Shown: positions 1-10,932, counted from the stretch's first letter. The stretch is 48,141 nucleotides of DNA from Bacillota bacterium (GCA_963929525.1 CAWVJB010000038.1:1-48141); one strand, 5' to 3'. Notes: generated from the sequence alone by a model not told the origin. Made by a program: numbers and translations.

Positions 1-1
1 A

Positions 2-1045
2 ATAAATAATAAAAATAATTTAAAAAATAAATGTATAATTATATTCATTATTTTTATTTTAATAAATATTTTACAATTTATTTTTATAAAAAATTCTATT
101 TTAAATTATATTTTTCTCCTTACTCTCCCAATGGATTTAATTTTTTCTATTTTATTTTTAAAAAATAAAAAAAATAAAATAAAAATATTACAAATAGAAA
201 ATAAAAATGAAGAAGAAAAAATAAATAATGAAAAAAATAATTATTTAAACGAAAATAAAATGATAGAAAAAAATAATCAAGAATTAAATGATGAAATAAA
301 TACATTAAAAAATAATTTAAATATAAAAATAGAAGAAAAAATTCAAAATATACAAAATCATTATTTAAATAAAATAAAAAATAAAGAAATTATAAATATA
401 AATCATTTAAATCATATTCATGAAGAAATAGAAAATAAACAAAAACAATTTAATTTACTCAACATAAAATTACATGAATTGGATTTAGATAAAGAAAATA
501 TTGAACCTAAAGTTGATAATTTAATGAAAATAGAAGAAGAAATAGTTAACAATAATGAAAAAATTGTAAACTTAAAAAACTTAGAAAAAAGTATGAATTT
601 AGCAAAAATGTTTTTAGAAAGAGCATATGAAAAGATGAAAAATACAGTTACCCCTAAGTTTACAGAAAATCTTTCTAAAAATATTAGTCAGATAACCAAT
701 GGTAAGTATACCAATGTTATGGTTCAAAATGATAATGGATTAATTGTAGAATTAGAAAATGGAAATTATGTAGAAGCCAATCGATTCAGTGTAGGAACAA
801 TTGATCAATTATATTTATCGTTAAGACTTTCTATGACAGAAGATTTGTCAAAAGAAAAAATGCCAATTATATTAGATGAAGCATTTGCTTATTATGATAC
901 AAATCGACTAGAAAATATATTAATATATTTAGCAAATACGTATCCAGATAGACAAATGATTATATTTACTTGTACAGAACGAGAAAAAGATATATTAAAT
1001 AAATTCCAAATTCCTTATCAATATATGGATTTACAAGAATCTTAA
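2..1045 (+). CDS. C-terminal part of a YhaN/SbcC(Rad50)-like coiled-coil AAA/ABC-type ATPase, 5' end outside the window
   Basis: Frame is open from position 2 with no stop upstream of the called ATG at 131. A hydrophobic stretch and coiled coil precede a signature-like FSVGTIDQLYLSLRL, Walker B/D-loop PIILDEAFAYYD and QMIIFTC. Confidence 0.8.
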   Translation: MNNKNNLKNKCIIIFIIFILINILQFIFIKNSILNYIFLLTLPMDLIFSILFLKNKKNKIKILQIENKNEEEKINNEKNNYLNENKMIEKNNQELNDEINTLKNNLNIKIEEKIQNIQNHYLNKIKNKEIININHLNHIHEEIENKQKQFNLLNIKLHELDLDKENIEPKVDNLMKIEEEIVNNNEKIVNLKNLEKSMNLAKMFLERAYEKMKNTVTPKFTENLSKNISQITNGKYTNVMVQNDNGLIVELENGNYVEANRFSVGTIDQLYLSLRLSMTEDLSKEKMPIILDEAFAYYDTNRLENILIYLANTYPDRQMIIFTCTEREKDILNKFQIPYQYMDLQES

Positions 1046-1087
1046 TGCTCAGATAGAGAATGATTTGTAAAAAATGAAGGAGGAAAT

Positions 1088-2059
1088 TTGATGAACTTTC
1101 ATATAAAAAATTTAGATATAAAAATAAGAGGAAACCATAAAAAACAAATATTTATGATATTTATGGGAAGTATATTCTTAAATTTCTTAATGACAATCCT
1201 TGTGGCTATTTTTTCAAATATAGAAATTTTTAAAACCATTATTTTATATATTATGTCAATTGTATATATCGGTATAGTGATATATATTTTAAAAAAGGAA
1301 AATGAAACTATACCACAAGACACAAAAAAAGAATTTGAAAATCAATATGATCCTATTTTAACAAGATTTTTAATAAAAAATGAATTTATGTTAGATAATC
1401 ATTTATTAAATGCAGAAATATATTATCTAAAAAGAAAAGGATATATAGAAATTAATACAGAAAAAGATATACTAAAATTAAAAAATAGAAATATGTTTAA
1501 ACCAATTGATGCCTTGGAAAGAATTACTAATGAAAAAATTAGAGACTATTCAACAGATGAAATTCCTTCTTATGAAAGTATGTTTATTAATAAAATTTTA
1601 TTTGCATTTCATGATGAAATAGAATTAAATGATTTTAGAAAAAAACAAAAAGAAAATTATTATTTACAAAGAGGAGAAATGTGTAAACTTGCAATGGAAA
1701 AAATGATTTTATATGAAATCGAAAAAAACAATATGATGGGAATGTCAAGGAATATGAATTATCTTTCTATTGCAGGTATATTAAATATTATTACATCCAT
1801 TATGCTATTTATGGTAATTAGTAGATGGAATGTCATTTTGTTATTGGCAATGATTTTATTTATGGTACTAAATGGAATTGTTATTAAAAATGAAAACATT
1901 TTAGCATATCCGTATTCGGAAAATATTGTTAAATATATTGATGAATTATTAGAATATGTGGATACATTGAAAACAGAAAGTGATTTTCGTCAAGAGTCTG
2001 ATGAAGAATTAAAGTTTTTATTTGGAATAAATGAGTATGAAGATTTATTCAATAGATAA
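1088..2059 (+). CDS. Membrane protein, DUF2207-like architecture
   Basis: AGGAGG RBS. Two N-terminal TM helices, a soluble region (YDPILTRFL...YLKRKGYIEI), then two more TM helices. Confidence 0.6.
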   Translation: MMNFHIKNLDIKIRGNHKKQIFMIFMGSIFLNFLMTILVAIFSNIEIFKTIILYIMSIVYIGIVIYILKKENETIPQDTKKEFENQYDPILTRFLIKNEFMLDNHLLNAEIYYLKRKGYIEINTEKDILKLKNRNMFKPIDALERITNEKIRDYSTDEIPSYESMFINKILFAFHDEIELNDFRKKQKENYYLQRGEMCKLAMEKMILYEIEKNNMMGMSRNMNYLSIAGILNIITSIMLFMVISRWNVILLLAMILFMVLNGIVIKNENILAYPYSENIVKYIDELLEYVDTLKTESDFRQESDEELKFLFGINEYEDLFNR

Positions 2060-2074
2060 CATGTTATGAAAAGA

Positions 2075-2215
2075 TTACCGTTCAGACCTAATCATCTTAA
2101 GAAAGGTGTGATACATGATATTTTTAAGAATTTCTTAAATGACTCCGGTCGCATTCGAATTCTTAAAAATATCATGTATCACACCTTTCTTAAGATGATT
2201 AGGTCTAAATGGTAA
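2075..2215. repeat. Long palindromic intergenic element (58-bp arms, 25-nt loop), family 1
   Basis: 2075-2132 is the reverse complement of 2158-2215 at 56/58 positions. Termini and the AAATGACTCCGGTC-CATTCGAATTCTTAA core recur at 44915-45151. Confidence 0.9.
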
Positions 2216-2257
2216 CAAGAATAGAGAAAATATTAAAAAAAGCCCGTTATTGTTCTC

Positions 2258-2286
2258 TTGTAAAACGAAAAAAAATATAGTATAAT
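2258..2286 (+). promoter_or_regulatory. Putative sigmaA promoter of prfA
   Basis: TTGTAA-17 nt-TATAAT upstream of an AAGGAG RBS. Confidence 0.55.
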
Positions 2287-2317
2287 ATTTCAAGCATAGG
2301 AAAGAAGGAGAAGATTT

Positions 2318-3379
2318 ATGTTTGAAAAATTAGAAAACGTAGAAAAGCGATATGATGAATTAACCAAAATGATTAGTGATCCAGAAGTGATAGCAAATCA
2401 TTCAGAATGGCAAAAATTAATGAAAGAACATGCAAGCATTGAAGAAATTGTTTTAAAATTTAGAGAATATAAAAAAGAAAAACAAGCAATGGAAGAAGCA
2501 GAAGAATTAATGAAAGATCCAGAAATGAAAGAATTAGCAGAAGAAGAATATTATGTTACAAAAGAAAAATTACCACAAATTGAAGAAGAGTTAAAGTTTT
2601 TATTAATACCAAAAGATCCAGACGATGATAAAAATATCATTTGTGAAATTCGTGCAGGAGCAGGTGGAGAAGAGGCAGCATTATTTGCTGGAACATTATT
2701 TAGAATGTATACGATGTATGCAGAAAGAAAACATTGGAAACTAGAAGTTCTTAATGAAAATGAAACAGGATTGGGTGGATACAAAGAAATTTCTTTTATG
2801 ATTACAGGAAAAGGTGTATATAGTAGACTAAAATTTGAAAGTGGTGTTCACAGAGTACAAAGAGTTCCAGATACAGAAAGTAGTGGAAGAATTCATACAT
2901 CAACAGCAACAGTTGCCGTTTTACCTGTTGTAGAAGATGTAGAAATTGAAATCAATCCTGCTGATATCAAAATGGAAGTGTTCCGTTCATCTGGTGCAGG
3001 TGGACAACATATTAATAAAACATCATCAGCTGTAAGATTAATTCATGAACCAACTGGAATTGTCGTAGAATGTCAAACAGAACGTTCTCAATTCCAAAAT
3101 AGAGACAATGCTATGAAAATGCTTAGAACAAAATTATATGAAATTGAAAAACAAAAACAAGATAGTGAAATTTCAAATGCGAGAAAATCACAAGTCGGTT
3201 CAGGAGATAGAAGTGAAAAAATAAGAACCTATAACTATCCACAAGGTAGAATTACAGATCATAGAATCGGAATGAGTATTTATCAAATGGAAAATTTTTT
3301 AAATGGTGATTTAGATGAAATGATTGATAATTTAGTTGCAGCAGATAGAGCTGAAAAGTTAAAAGGTGAAGATGAATAA
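2318..3379 (+). CDS. prfA: Peptide chain release factor 1
   Basis: [29 protein letters not shown] (RF1-type PxT), GAGGQH (GGQ motif), [19 protein letters not shown]. Confidence 0.98.
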   Translation: MFEKLENVEKRYDELTKMISDPEVIANHSEWQKLMKEHASIEEIVLKFREYKKEKQAMEEAEELMKDPEMKELAEEEYYVTKEKLPQIEEELKFLLIPKDPDDDKNIICEIRAGAGGEEAALFAGTLFRMYTMYAERKHWKLEVLNENETGLGGYKEISFMITGKGVYSRLKFESGVHRVQRVPDTESSGRIHTSTATVAVLPVVEDVEIEINPADIKMEVFRSSGAGGQHINKTSSAVRLIHEPTGIVVECQTERSQFQNRDNAMKMLRTKLYEIEKQKQDSEISNARKSQVGSGDRSEKIRTYNYPQGRITDHRIGMSIYQMENFLNGDLDEMIDNLVAADRAEKLKGEDE

Positions 3380-3440
3380 AAATATATGTTTCATATTTTC
3401 AAGATAATTGTGACTAATTAAAAAAAGAGGAGAAAATACT

Positions 3441-4112
3441 ATGTCAAATAATAAAATGTTAAAAAATGTATTGATCGGAATTTTAATTGCTTTAGTGGCT
3501 ATTATCATTGTAATTATAATATTATTAATTACAGGAAAAAAAGATACAAATTCTAGAAATGAAATACAAAATCATGTGGTAGAAATAGAAAATGATGCAA
3601 ATGTTTTAGCAAAAGATATGACAACCATTCCGATGGGAACATGTATAGATGGAGAACAACAACAATTATGTGAAGTCAATGTGTCAGCAGAATATAGAGT
3701 ATCTTTCGCAGAATATATGAGTCCAGAAGGAGATAGGGAAATCATAGATGGGACGACTTCTACAGATTTACAAGATATAAAAGAAGAAGGATTATTAGAA
3801 AATATGGAAGAGCAAATCAATCGTATTACAATACATTCAAAAGATACGGACAATGTGCTTGTATATACAATTGCGGATATACATATAGAAGAAATACAAG
3901 AACAATATCCAGATGGAATGAATATAGGAACAGAAGAACACCCTGCTTATTGTGGTTTGATGAAAGATAATCCTAATAATCCACAAGTATTTTTAGTATA
4001 TGTAATTGATGAAAATTATGAATTGGAGATAACTTATCAAGGAGACTTAATAGATACATTAGATACAGAAGAAATTGGAAATATGCTATATGATTTCATT
4101 ATTACAGAATAA
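3441..4112 (+). CDS. Hypothetical acidic protein with N-terminal membrane anchor
   Basis: GAGGAG RBS, one N-terminal TM helix, D/E-rich remainder; no family recognised. Confidence 0.7.
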   Translation: MSNNKMLKNVLIGILIALVAIIIVIIILLITGKKDTNSRNEIQNHVVEIENDANVLAKDMTTIPMGTCIDGEQQQLCEVNVSAEYRVSFAEYMSPEGDREIIDGTTSTDLQDIKEEGLLENMEEQINRITIHSKDTDNVLVYTIADIHIEEIQEQYPDGMNIGTEEHPAYCGLMKDNPNNPQVFLVYVIDENYELEITYQGDLIDTLDTEEIGNMLYDFIITE

Positions 4113-4218
4113 AAGTTAATAGATTTTGAAAACCATTAATAAATAGTGGTATAAATAAGGAATAATATAAAACTCTTTAAAATACATTAGAATAAAGTAT
4201 ATTTTAAGGAGTTTTTTC

Positions 4219-5005
4219 ATGCAAGAAATTATAAAAACAACTTTCATAGGATTATTTTTTGGAACATTTGGAACGACGATAGGTGGAATCATTGGTGTTG
4301 TTACCAAAAAACATTCTAAAAAATTTTTAAGTTTTGTATTAGCATTTGCCTCAGGACTTATGATGGCTATTATCTGCTTTGATTTAATACCAGAAGCATT
4401 AGGAATTAGCAATCTGATAAGTGCTATTTTAGGAATCTTATTAGGAATTGCTATGATGATTTTCTGTGATAAATTCGTGGAAAAAAAGTTTAAAAATAAA
4501 AACTTTGCTAATATAGAAAAACACAATTTATCCAAACATAACATAAATTACCAAAATGCAAGTTCATCATTATTAAAAACAGGAATTATTGTATCAATTG
4601 GATTAGCCATTCACAACTTTCCAGAAGGATTAGCCATTGGCTCAGGTTTTGGTGCATCTATTAAATTGGGCTTAAGCTTGGCAATTGCCATTTGTTTACA
4701 TGATATACCAGAAGGAATATCCATGGCCATTCCTATGAAAAATGGAGGAATGAAAAAAAGTAAAGTTATATTTTTAGTGGTCATGTCTGGGATTACTACG
4801 GGAATAGGCGCTTTTGTAGGAGCGATTATTGGAGGAATATCAGAAGAGGTAATTGCGATTTGCTTAAGTTTTGCAGCAGGTGCCATGTTGTATATCATCT
4901 CTCGGAGAATTAATTCCTGAAGCAAATAGTTTATATCATGGTCGAATGACGGCGATTGGAAACATCATAGGATTTTTATTAGGATTATTTGCTATGATGT
5001 TATAG
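4219..5005 (+). CDS. ZIP family (ZupT/GufA-like) metal transporter, interrupted by a +1 frameshift at CGG-A (4903-4906)
   Basis: FASGLMM, AIHNFPEGLAIG, CLHDIPEG and FAAGAMLYII motifs. The expected C-terminus GELIPEANSLYHGRMTAIGNIIGFLLGLFAMML* lies in the +1 frame (4904-5005); fused length 261 aa. Confidence 0.9.
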
Positions 5006-5153
5006 AGTCTAAAGACGAGAAAAATAATAGTATCAATTCATTTATCATGATTTTGAATAAGTTAAACAATTATAAATTTTAAAAGTCTATATATTTAAAA
5101 ATAAATCTATTCAAATAAAAAGTTTTATGATATATTAAAATTGGTGAGAATAA

Positions 5154-6202
5154 ATGTTAACGAAAAAAAAGATGATAAGAAGAATTGATATTATTTTTTG
5201 GTCAATCATAATTATTAGAGCAATCATTGCAATTATACAAGCTATACAAAGTGGAGATATTAATATTCATTTTGTTACTGATGATCATTTAGAACTTTTA
5301 AGTTTGAAAGACTCTATATGTATATCTTTTAGTATAACCTTTTTTATGTTTTTTATGTTCTTTTTCTTTGTGATAGCTTCATTATTAAAAACTTTTATTT
5401 AACAATTTTATATATTGGAGTAAGAGTCGCTTATAAAAAATATAACAAGGAAAAATTAGATAAAATAGATTTAAAAAATAATAGTTATTATAGAGATATC
5501 ATATCTAAATATTCTCCAGCAGTTTTAAGTTACATAGATGATTTTAAATTAGAGGAAAAAGATATAGTTGCTACATTAATGTCATTAGAGTTAAAACAAA
5601 AATTGACGATTAAAGATGGTATAAAAATAATAAATGATAATGAAGAAAACTTAGATAAAAATGAAAAATATATATTTAAAAAATTGAAAAGCAATATATT
5701 AAAAAATATAAATATGTTAGAATTTGAAGAAAAGGTAAAAAAAGATTGCTTAGATTATAATTTATTAGAAGAAAATAAAGATATAAAGAAAAATATAATA
5801 AAAAAATTGATTTTTTATGTGTTTGTATATATTTTGATTGTTGTAAGCTTTTCTAATTTTCCAGATTTTTTTAATAGTATACCGAATAAAACCATTGCTA
5901 TGTTACTCTTGCCAGTAATATTAATCCTATTTTTCATTATGATTATTTTTCCGTTTGCAACAATTATTTATCTTGGAAAATATTATAGATTGAATAAACA
6001 AAATCCATATATACGTAATAAACAGGCTAGAAATATCAATAAAAAATTAGAAGGTTTGAGAAAATATGTGAAAGATTTTTCACAATTAAGTGAAAGTCAA
6101 TATAATGAAAGCGTATTATGGGAAGATTATTTAATCTATTCTGTAATTTTAGGACAAAATTCTAAAATTGTAAAAGAGATTATGAAAAAGATTAGTGAAT
6201 AA
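5154..6202 (+). pseudogene. DUF2207-like membrane protein split by a 1-nt deletion near 5387-5400
   Basis: The frame of ORF 5579-6202 stays open back past 5399 (LTILYIGVRVAYKK...YYRDIISKYSPAVLSYIDD) and overlaps the end of ORF 5154-5402 in the -1 frame at an A5/T4 run. C-terminal GLRKYVKDFS...LWEDYLIYSVILG is DUF2207-like. Confidence 0.65.
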
Positions 6203-6264
6203 AAGAATTATTAGCGAGTTTTTACAAAGAAATTAAAATATATAGAGAATAGATAATATAATTT

Positions 6265-6299
6265 TAGAGTAAGTATAATTTATAACTTGCTCTATTTTT
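6265..6299 (+). terminator. Putative intrinsic terminator
   Basis: TAGAGTAAGT...ACTTGCTCTA stem followed by TTTTT. Confidence 0.5.
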
Positions 6300-6434
6300 G
6301 TATAAAAAATTATTTTTTACGAAAAATTTAACTATAAAGAGATTACAAATAAATTATTTAAGTATTTTATAAAAGGATAAAAAGAAAATAATTTTCACGA
6401 CGATATGGAAGATATAAAAAATCAGATAAAATTA

Positions 6435-6463
6435 TTGACAAATAGGCTAAAATCATATAAAAT
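6435..6463 (+). promoter_or_regulatory. Putative sigmaA promoter of the RhuM-family gene
   Basis: TTGACA-17 nt-TAAAAT. Confidence 0.65.
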
Positions 6464-6511
6464 ACAAACAAAAGTTTGAAACAACTAAACAAACAGAGGA
6501 GGAATTAAAGT

Positions 6512-7534
6512 TTGAATAATATAGAAAATTAAAAGGATTTAATCATTTATCAAAGTCAGAATCATAAAAATATATCGGTAGAAGTATTATATAATGAAGA
6601 AGATTTTTGGTTAACTCAAAAATCAATGGCAAAATTATTTAATGTGGCAGAAAATAATATTACATGTCATTTGCAAAATATTTTTAGAACAGAGGAATTA
6701 GAGAAAGATTCAGTTACTCAAAAAATTAGAGTAACTGCTTCAGATGGAAAAAAATATAATACCAATTTTTATAGTTTAGATGCTATTATAGCAGTTGGTT
6801 ATAGAGTAAACTCAAAAGAAGCAACAGACTTTAGAATTTGGGCAACAAAAACATTAAAAGAATATATTAAAAAGGGATTTGTTGTGAATAGTGAGTTCTT
6901 AAAAAATGGACCAAAATTTGGAAAAGATTATTTTGATGAATTATTAGTTAAAATAAAAGAAATTAGAGCAAGTGAAAGAAGATTTTATCAAAAAATAACA
7001 GACATTTATAAAGAATGTAGTTATGATTATGATAAAAATAGTGAAACAACACAAGAATTTTACAAAAATGTTCAAAATACATTACACTATGCAATTACGG
7101 GAATGACAGCTCCTAAGATTATTTATAATAGAGTGAGTAGTGAAAAAGAAAATATGGGGTTGGCTACTTGGAAAAATGGACCAGATGGCAAAATATTAGA
7201 AACAGATGTTACAGTAGCAAAAAATTATTTATCACAAGAAGAAATTACAGAGCTAAATAACTTAGTTTCCATGTATTTAGATTATGCAGAAAGACAAGTA
7301 AAGCTAGGCAAAATTATTTCAATGCAAGAATGGAAAGATAAGTTAGAAGTATTTTTGAAAATTAACGAATATAATATTTTAAAAGATAATGGAAAAATAA
7401 AGAGAGAAATAGCAGACAAGCTTGCATTAGACGAATATAAAAAGTATAGGATTATACAGGATAAAGAATATATATCTGATTTTGATGAACTATTAAAAGA
7501 AACAAAACAGTTACAAGGTAAACAAGAAAGTTAA
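6512..7534 (+). pseudogene. Virulence RhuM-family protein with an in-frame TAA at codon 7
   Basis: GGAGG RBS then TTG at 6512, TAA at 6530-6532, then in-frame DLIIYQSQ...FWLTQKSMAKLF, YSLDAIIAVGYRVNS, FRIWAT and IKEIRASERRFYQKITDIY, typical of RhuM. Confidence 0.75.
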
Positions 7535-7568
7535 TTAAAAAGTTTTTTTAAAAGTGTATATCAAAAAG

Positions 7569-7619
7569 AAAAGCAAGTCCGAAAATGTACTTGCTTTTTT
7601 AAATGAAATATAGTAGAAT
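7569..7619 (+). terminator. Terminator-like hairpin overlapping a putative pcrA promoter
   Basis: AAAAGCAAGT...ACTTGCTTTTTT; TTGCTT-17 nt-TAGAAT at 7591-7619. Confidence 0.5.
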
Positions 7620-7661
7620 AAGAAACGCAAACAGATATTTGAAATAAAGGAGTAAAAATAC

Positions 7662-10010
7662 ATGCAAGATATATTAAAAGGATTAAATGATAAACAATAT
7701 GAAGCAGTTGTCAATACAGAAGGACCATGCTTAGTGATTGCAGGAGCTGGAAGTGGTAAAACAAAAGTATTAACACATAAAATTGCCTATTTAATAGGAG
7801 AAAAAGGTGCAAAACCATGGGATATATTAGCCATAACTTTTACGAATAAAGCGGCAAACGAAATGAAAGAAAGAATTGCCAAGTTAGTAGGAGATGATGC
7901 AAAAGATATTTGGATGGGAACATTCCACTCTATTTGTGTTAGAATTTTAAGAAGATTTATTGATAGAATTGGATTTGATTCTTCATTTATCATATTTGAT
8001 ACTTCAGACCAAAGAACATTAGTAAAAAATTGTATGAAAGATTTAGCAATTGATGATAAATTATTTAATGACAGAAGTGTGTTATCTGAAATTAGTAATG
8101 CAAAAAATGAAATGTTAGAACCTGAGCAATATACGGCAAGAACGAATTCTGATTTTCGAAAAGAAAAAATAGCAACAGTATATGAGTTATATCAAAAACG
8201 ATTAAAAGAAAATAATGCCATTGATTTTGATGATATTATTAATTATACAATCAAAATTTTAATGGAAAATCCAGATGTTTTAGAATATTATGCCAATAAA
8301 TTTAAATATGTATTAGTAGATGAATACCAAGATACCAATAAGGCACAATTTACATTGGTTACATTATTAGCGTCTAAAAACGGAAATATTACGGTTGTGG
8401 GAGATAATGACCAAGGAATCTATAGTTTTAGAGGAGCAGATATTTCGAATATTTTAAATTTTGAAAGGGATTTTCCTGGAACAAAGATTATCAAATTAGA
8501 GCAAAATTATAGATGCACAGGAAATATCTTAAAAGCTGCCAATAGTGTTATTAAAAACAATGAAGTCAAATATAAAAAAGAATTATGGACAGAAAATGAA
8601 GAAGGTAATCTTCCAAATGTATATCAAGCAGATAATGAATATGATGAAGCAACCTATATTGTTACACAAATTGAACATCTAAAAAGAGAAGAATATTATA
8701 AATATTCCGATTTTGCCATTTTATACAGAATGAATACCCAATCAAGAGCAATAGAGGATATTTTAAGAAGAGAAAATGTACCATATAAAATTGTTGGTGG
8801 TTTAAAATTCTATGAAAGAAAAGAAATCAAAGATATCATTGCCTATTTACGATTAATTCAAAATAGTGCAGATAACTTAAGTTTAAAAAGAATTATTAAT
8901 GAACCTAAAAGAGGAATTGGAAAAACAAGCTTAGATAAAGTAGAAGCAATAGCTAATCAAAATGAGACTTCTATGTATGAAGTTATCAAACATGCGGACC
9001 AATATGGATTAAATAGGGTATATTTAAATTCTAGAGAATTTATAAATGTCATAGAAGAATTAAAAGACAAAAAAGACAAACTAGTGATATCAGAATTAAT
9101 CAAAACAACTTTAAAGAAAACAGGATATATCAAAGCATTAGAAGAGGAAAATACCATAGAAGCAGAAAATAGAATTGAAAACTTAGAGGAATTTTTAACA
9201 GTTGCGATAGAATTTGAAGAAGAATATATAGAAGAGGAAGAAAATGCTTTAAGTCAATTTTTAGAAGGAATCACATTATCTTCAGATATCGATAATGTAG
9301 AAGAAACAGAAGATTCTGTAACATTGATGACATTACATAGTGCAAAAGGATTAGAATTCCCAGTTGTATTTTTAGTAGGAATGGAAGAAGGCATTTTTCC
9401 TGGATATAAATCCATTTCAGAACCAAAAGAATTAGAAGAAGAAAGACGTTTGTGTTATGTAGGAATCACAAGAGCAAAAGAACATCTATATTTAACTTGT
9501 AGTAAACAAAGAACGATTTTTGGATCAACAAGTTATAATCCAGTCTCTAGATTCTTAAAAGAAATACCAGAAGACTTATTAGAGGGATATAAAGAAGCAT
9601 TTGGAGAAGAGGATAACAATAAAAATCAAATGTTTAAAGATTCCAATTATACATGGACATATGGAAGTAAAGATAATGGAAATATCAAGACATATAAAAT
9701 TGGTGAAAAAGAAGCAGTTGGTGTTGGAGCATTTGCTAAATCGAATACAACAAAGAATTCAACAAATATGGGATTTGCCTTTAGAACAGCAGAAAGCTTT
9801 TTGAGTAACCTAGGAAAAAAAGCAACATCAAATAAACAGGTGGACTTATCAAAATATGAAGCAGGTGTAAGAGTATATCACAAAAAATTTGGAGAAGGAA
9901 CCATCAATAAGGTAGAGCCAGAGGGAGAAGATTTAAAAGTAGATATCAGCTTTGATAAAGTAGGACATAAACGATTAATGGCAAAATATGCTAATTTGGA
10001 AATTATCTAA
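7662..10010 (+). CDS. pcrA: ATP-dependent DNA helicase PcrA (UvrD/Rep family)
   Basis: AGAGSGKT, AITFTNKAA, LVDEYQDTN, LEQNYR, TLMTLHSAKGLEFP, EEERRLCYVGITRA and the C-terminal V-H-KFGEG domain. Confidence 0.97.
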   Translation: MQDILKGLNDKQYEAVVNTEGPCLVIAGAGSGKTKVLTHKIAYLIGEKGAKPWDILAITFTNKAANEMKERIAKLVGDDAKDIWMGTFHSICVRILRRFIDRIGFDSSFIIFDTSDQRTLVKNCMKDLAIDDKLFNDRSVLSEISNAKNEMLEPEQYTARTNSDFRKEKIATVYELYQKRLKENNAIDFDDIINYTIKILMENPDVLEYYANKFKYVLVDEYQDTNKAQFTLVTLLASKNGNITVVGDNDQGIYSFRGADISNILNFERDFPGTKIIKLEQNYRCTGNILKAANSVIKNNEVKYKKELWTENEEGNLPNVYQADNEYDEATYIVTQIEHLKREEYYKYSDFAILYRMNTQSRAIEDILRRENVPYKIVGGLKFYERKEIKDIIAYLRLIQNSADNLSLKRIINEPKRGIGKTSLDKVEAIANQNETSMYEVIKHADQYGLNRVYLNSREFINVIEELKDKKDKLVISELIKTTLKKTGYIKALEEENTIEAENRIENLEEFLTVAIEFEEEYIEEEENALSQFLEGITLSSDIDNVEETEDSVTLMTLHSAKGLEFPVVFLVGMEEGIFPGYKSISEPKELEEERRLCYVGITRAKEHLYLTCSKQRTIFGSTSYNPVSRFLKEIPEDLLEGYKEAFGEEDNNKNQMFKDSNYTWTYGSKDNGNIKTYKIGEKEAVGVGAFAKSNTTKNSTNMGFAFRTAESFLSNLGKKATSNKQVDLSKYEAGVRVYHKKFGEGTINKVEPEGEDLKVDISFDKVGHKRLMAKYANLEII

Positions 10011-10047
10011 AATGTCCTTTTGGGGACGTTTCTGTTTGGGACATTTT
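10009..10047. repeat. GGGGACG-type small hairpin repeat, copy 1 (inverted copy at 11604-11638)
   Basis: 10020-10047 is the exact reverse complement of 11604-11631; the copy is self-complementary via AAAATGTCC...GGACATTTT. Confidence 0.85.
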
Positions 10048-10125
10048 TATGATAACTTTTAAAAAATAGATATATTAGGGAAGTTATACTGACTTACGAA
10101 TATACTAAAATAAAAGGGGAATAAT

Positions 10126-10932
10126 ATGAAAAAAATTTTGAGAAGAATCGTATTATCAGTATTAGGAATTGTTTTATGTTACCAACATTTTTGCTATGCA
10201 GATATTGTAGATATAGGTATAATAGATGAGACCACGGCCATTTTAAGTCTTTATTTTATACCCATAGGAATCTCTGTGTTGATTATTGTTTTAGGGTCTT
10301 ATTTTATTTTAGGACGAGAAGCAACAAAAGGACAAGAATTTAATGAAGAAATGATTAGAAAAATCAAATTTAACCAAAAATTTATTTTTATAATAATTGC
10401 GATACTAGTTATGATGATAAATTTTTATATGAATGCTTGTTATGCGGCATATTATCCAGAAATATTTTTAGTATTTATAAGTACTTTAATCGTATCGGCA
10501 ATTATATTAAGATTAAAAGAAAAGAAGAAAATGGCATATATTATTATGATAATAGCAATTATTATGATAGGAATAATGACAGCTTATAGTCATATCTCAA
10601 AAAAAGAGGCAGAAGAAAGAGTTAATGCTGTTGGATTCGCGACTGATTTTGAAATAAATTTATTTAACGAACAGTTTACACAATATGAAGGAAAAGAAGT
10701 AAAAGGCAGAATTGTTCGTGCTTTAATTCAAAAAGTTGTTAGCAATAATGCGGGCAATACTGACCGTGAAGTTATGCAAGTTACTGTATCTGGAGTAGTA
10801 ACATTAAATAAAGAAGATACGGAATTGCCTGAGCAATTAGGTGAAATTAAATTGGATAAAACATATCATGTGAAAATGATTTATAATAAATATGGAAAAA
10901 TAGAATCCATTGATATAGAAGAAAATCCATAA
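10126..10932 (+). CDS. Hypothetical multi-TM membrane protein with a C-terminal soluble domain
   Basis: AAGGGG RBS, signal-like N-terminus and several hydrophobic helices; no family recognised. Confidence 0.7.
   Translation: MKKILRRIVLSVLGIVLCYQHFCYADIVDIGIIDETTAILSLYFIPIGISVLIIVLGSYFILGREATKGQEFNEEMIRKIKFNQKFIFIIIAILVMMINFYMNACYAAYYPEIFLVFISTLIVSAIILRLKEKKKMAYIIMIIAIIMIGIMTAYSHISKKEAEERVNAVGFATDFEINLFNEQFTQYEGKEVKGRIVRALIQKVVSNNAGNTDREVMQVTVSGVVTLNKEDTELPEQLGEIKLDKTYHVKMIYNKYGKIESIDIEENP

Noticed and set aside
2318-3379. prfB-type autoregulatory frameshift in the release factor gene
   Set aside because: The gene is RF1 (PDT motif) and is uninterrupted.
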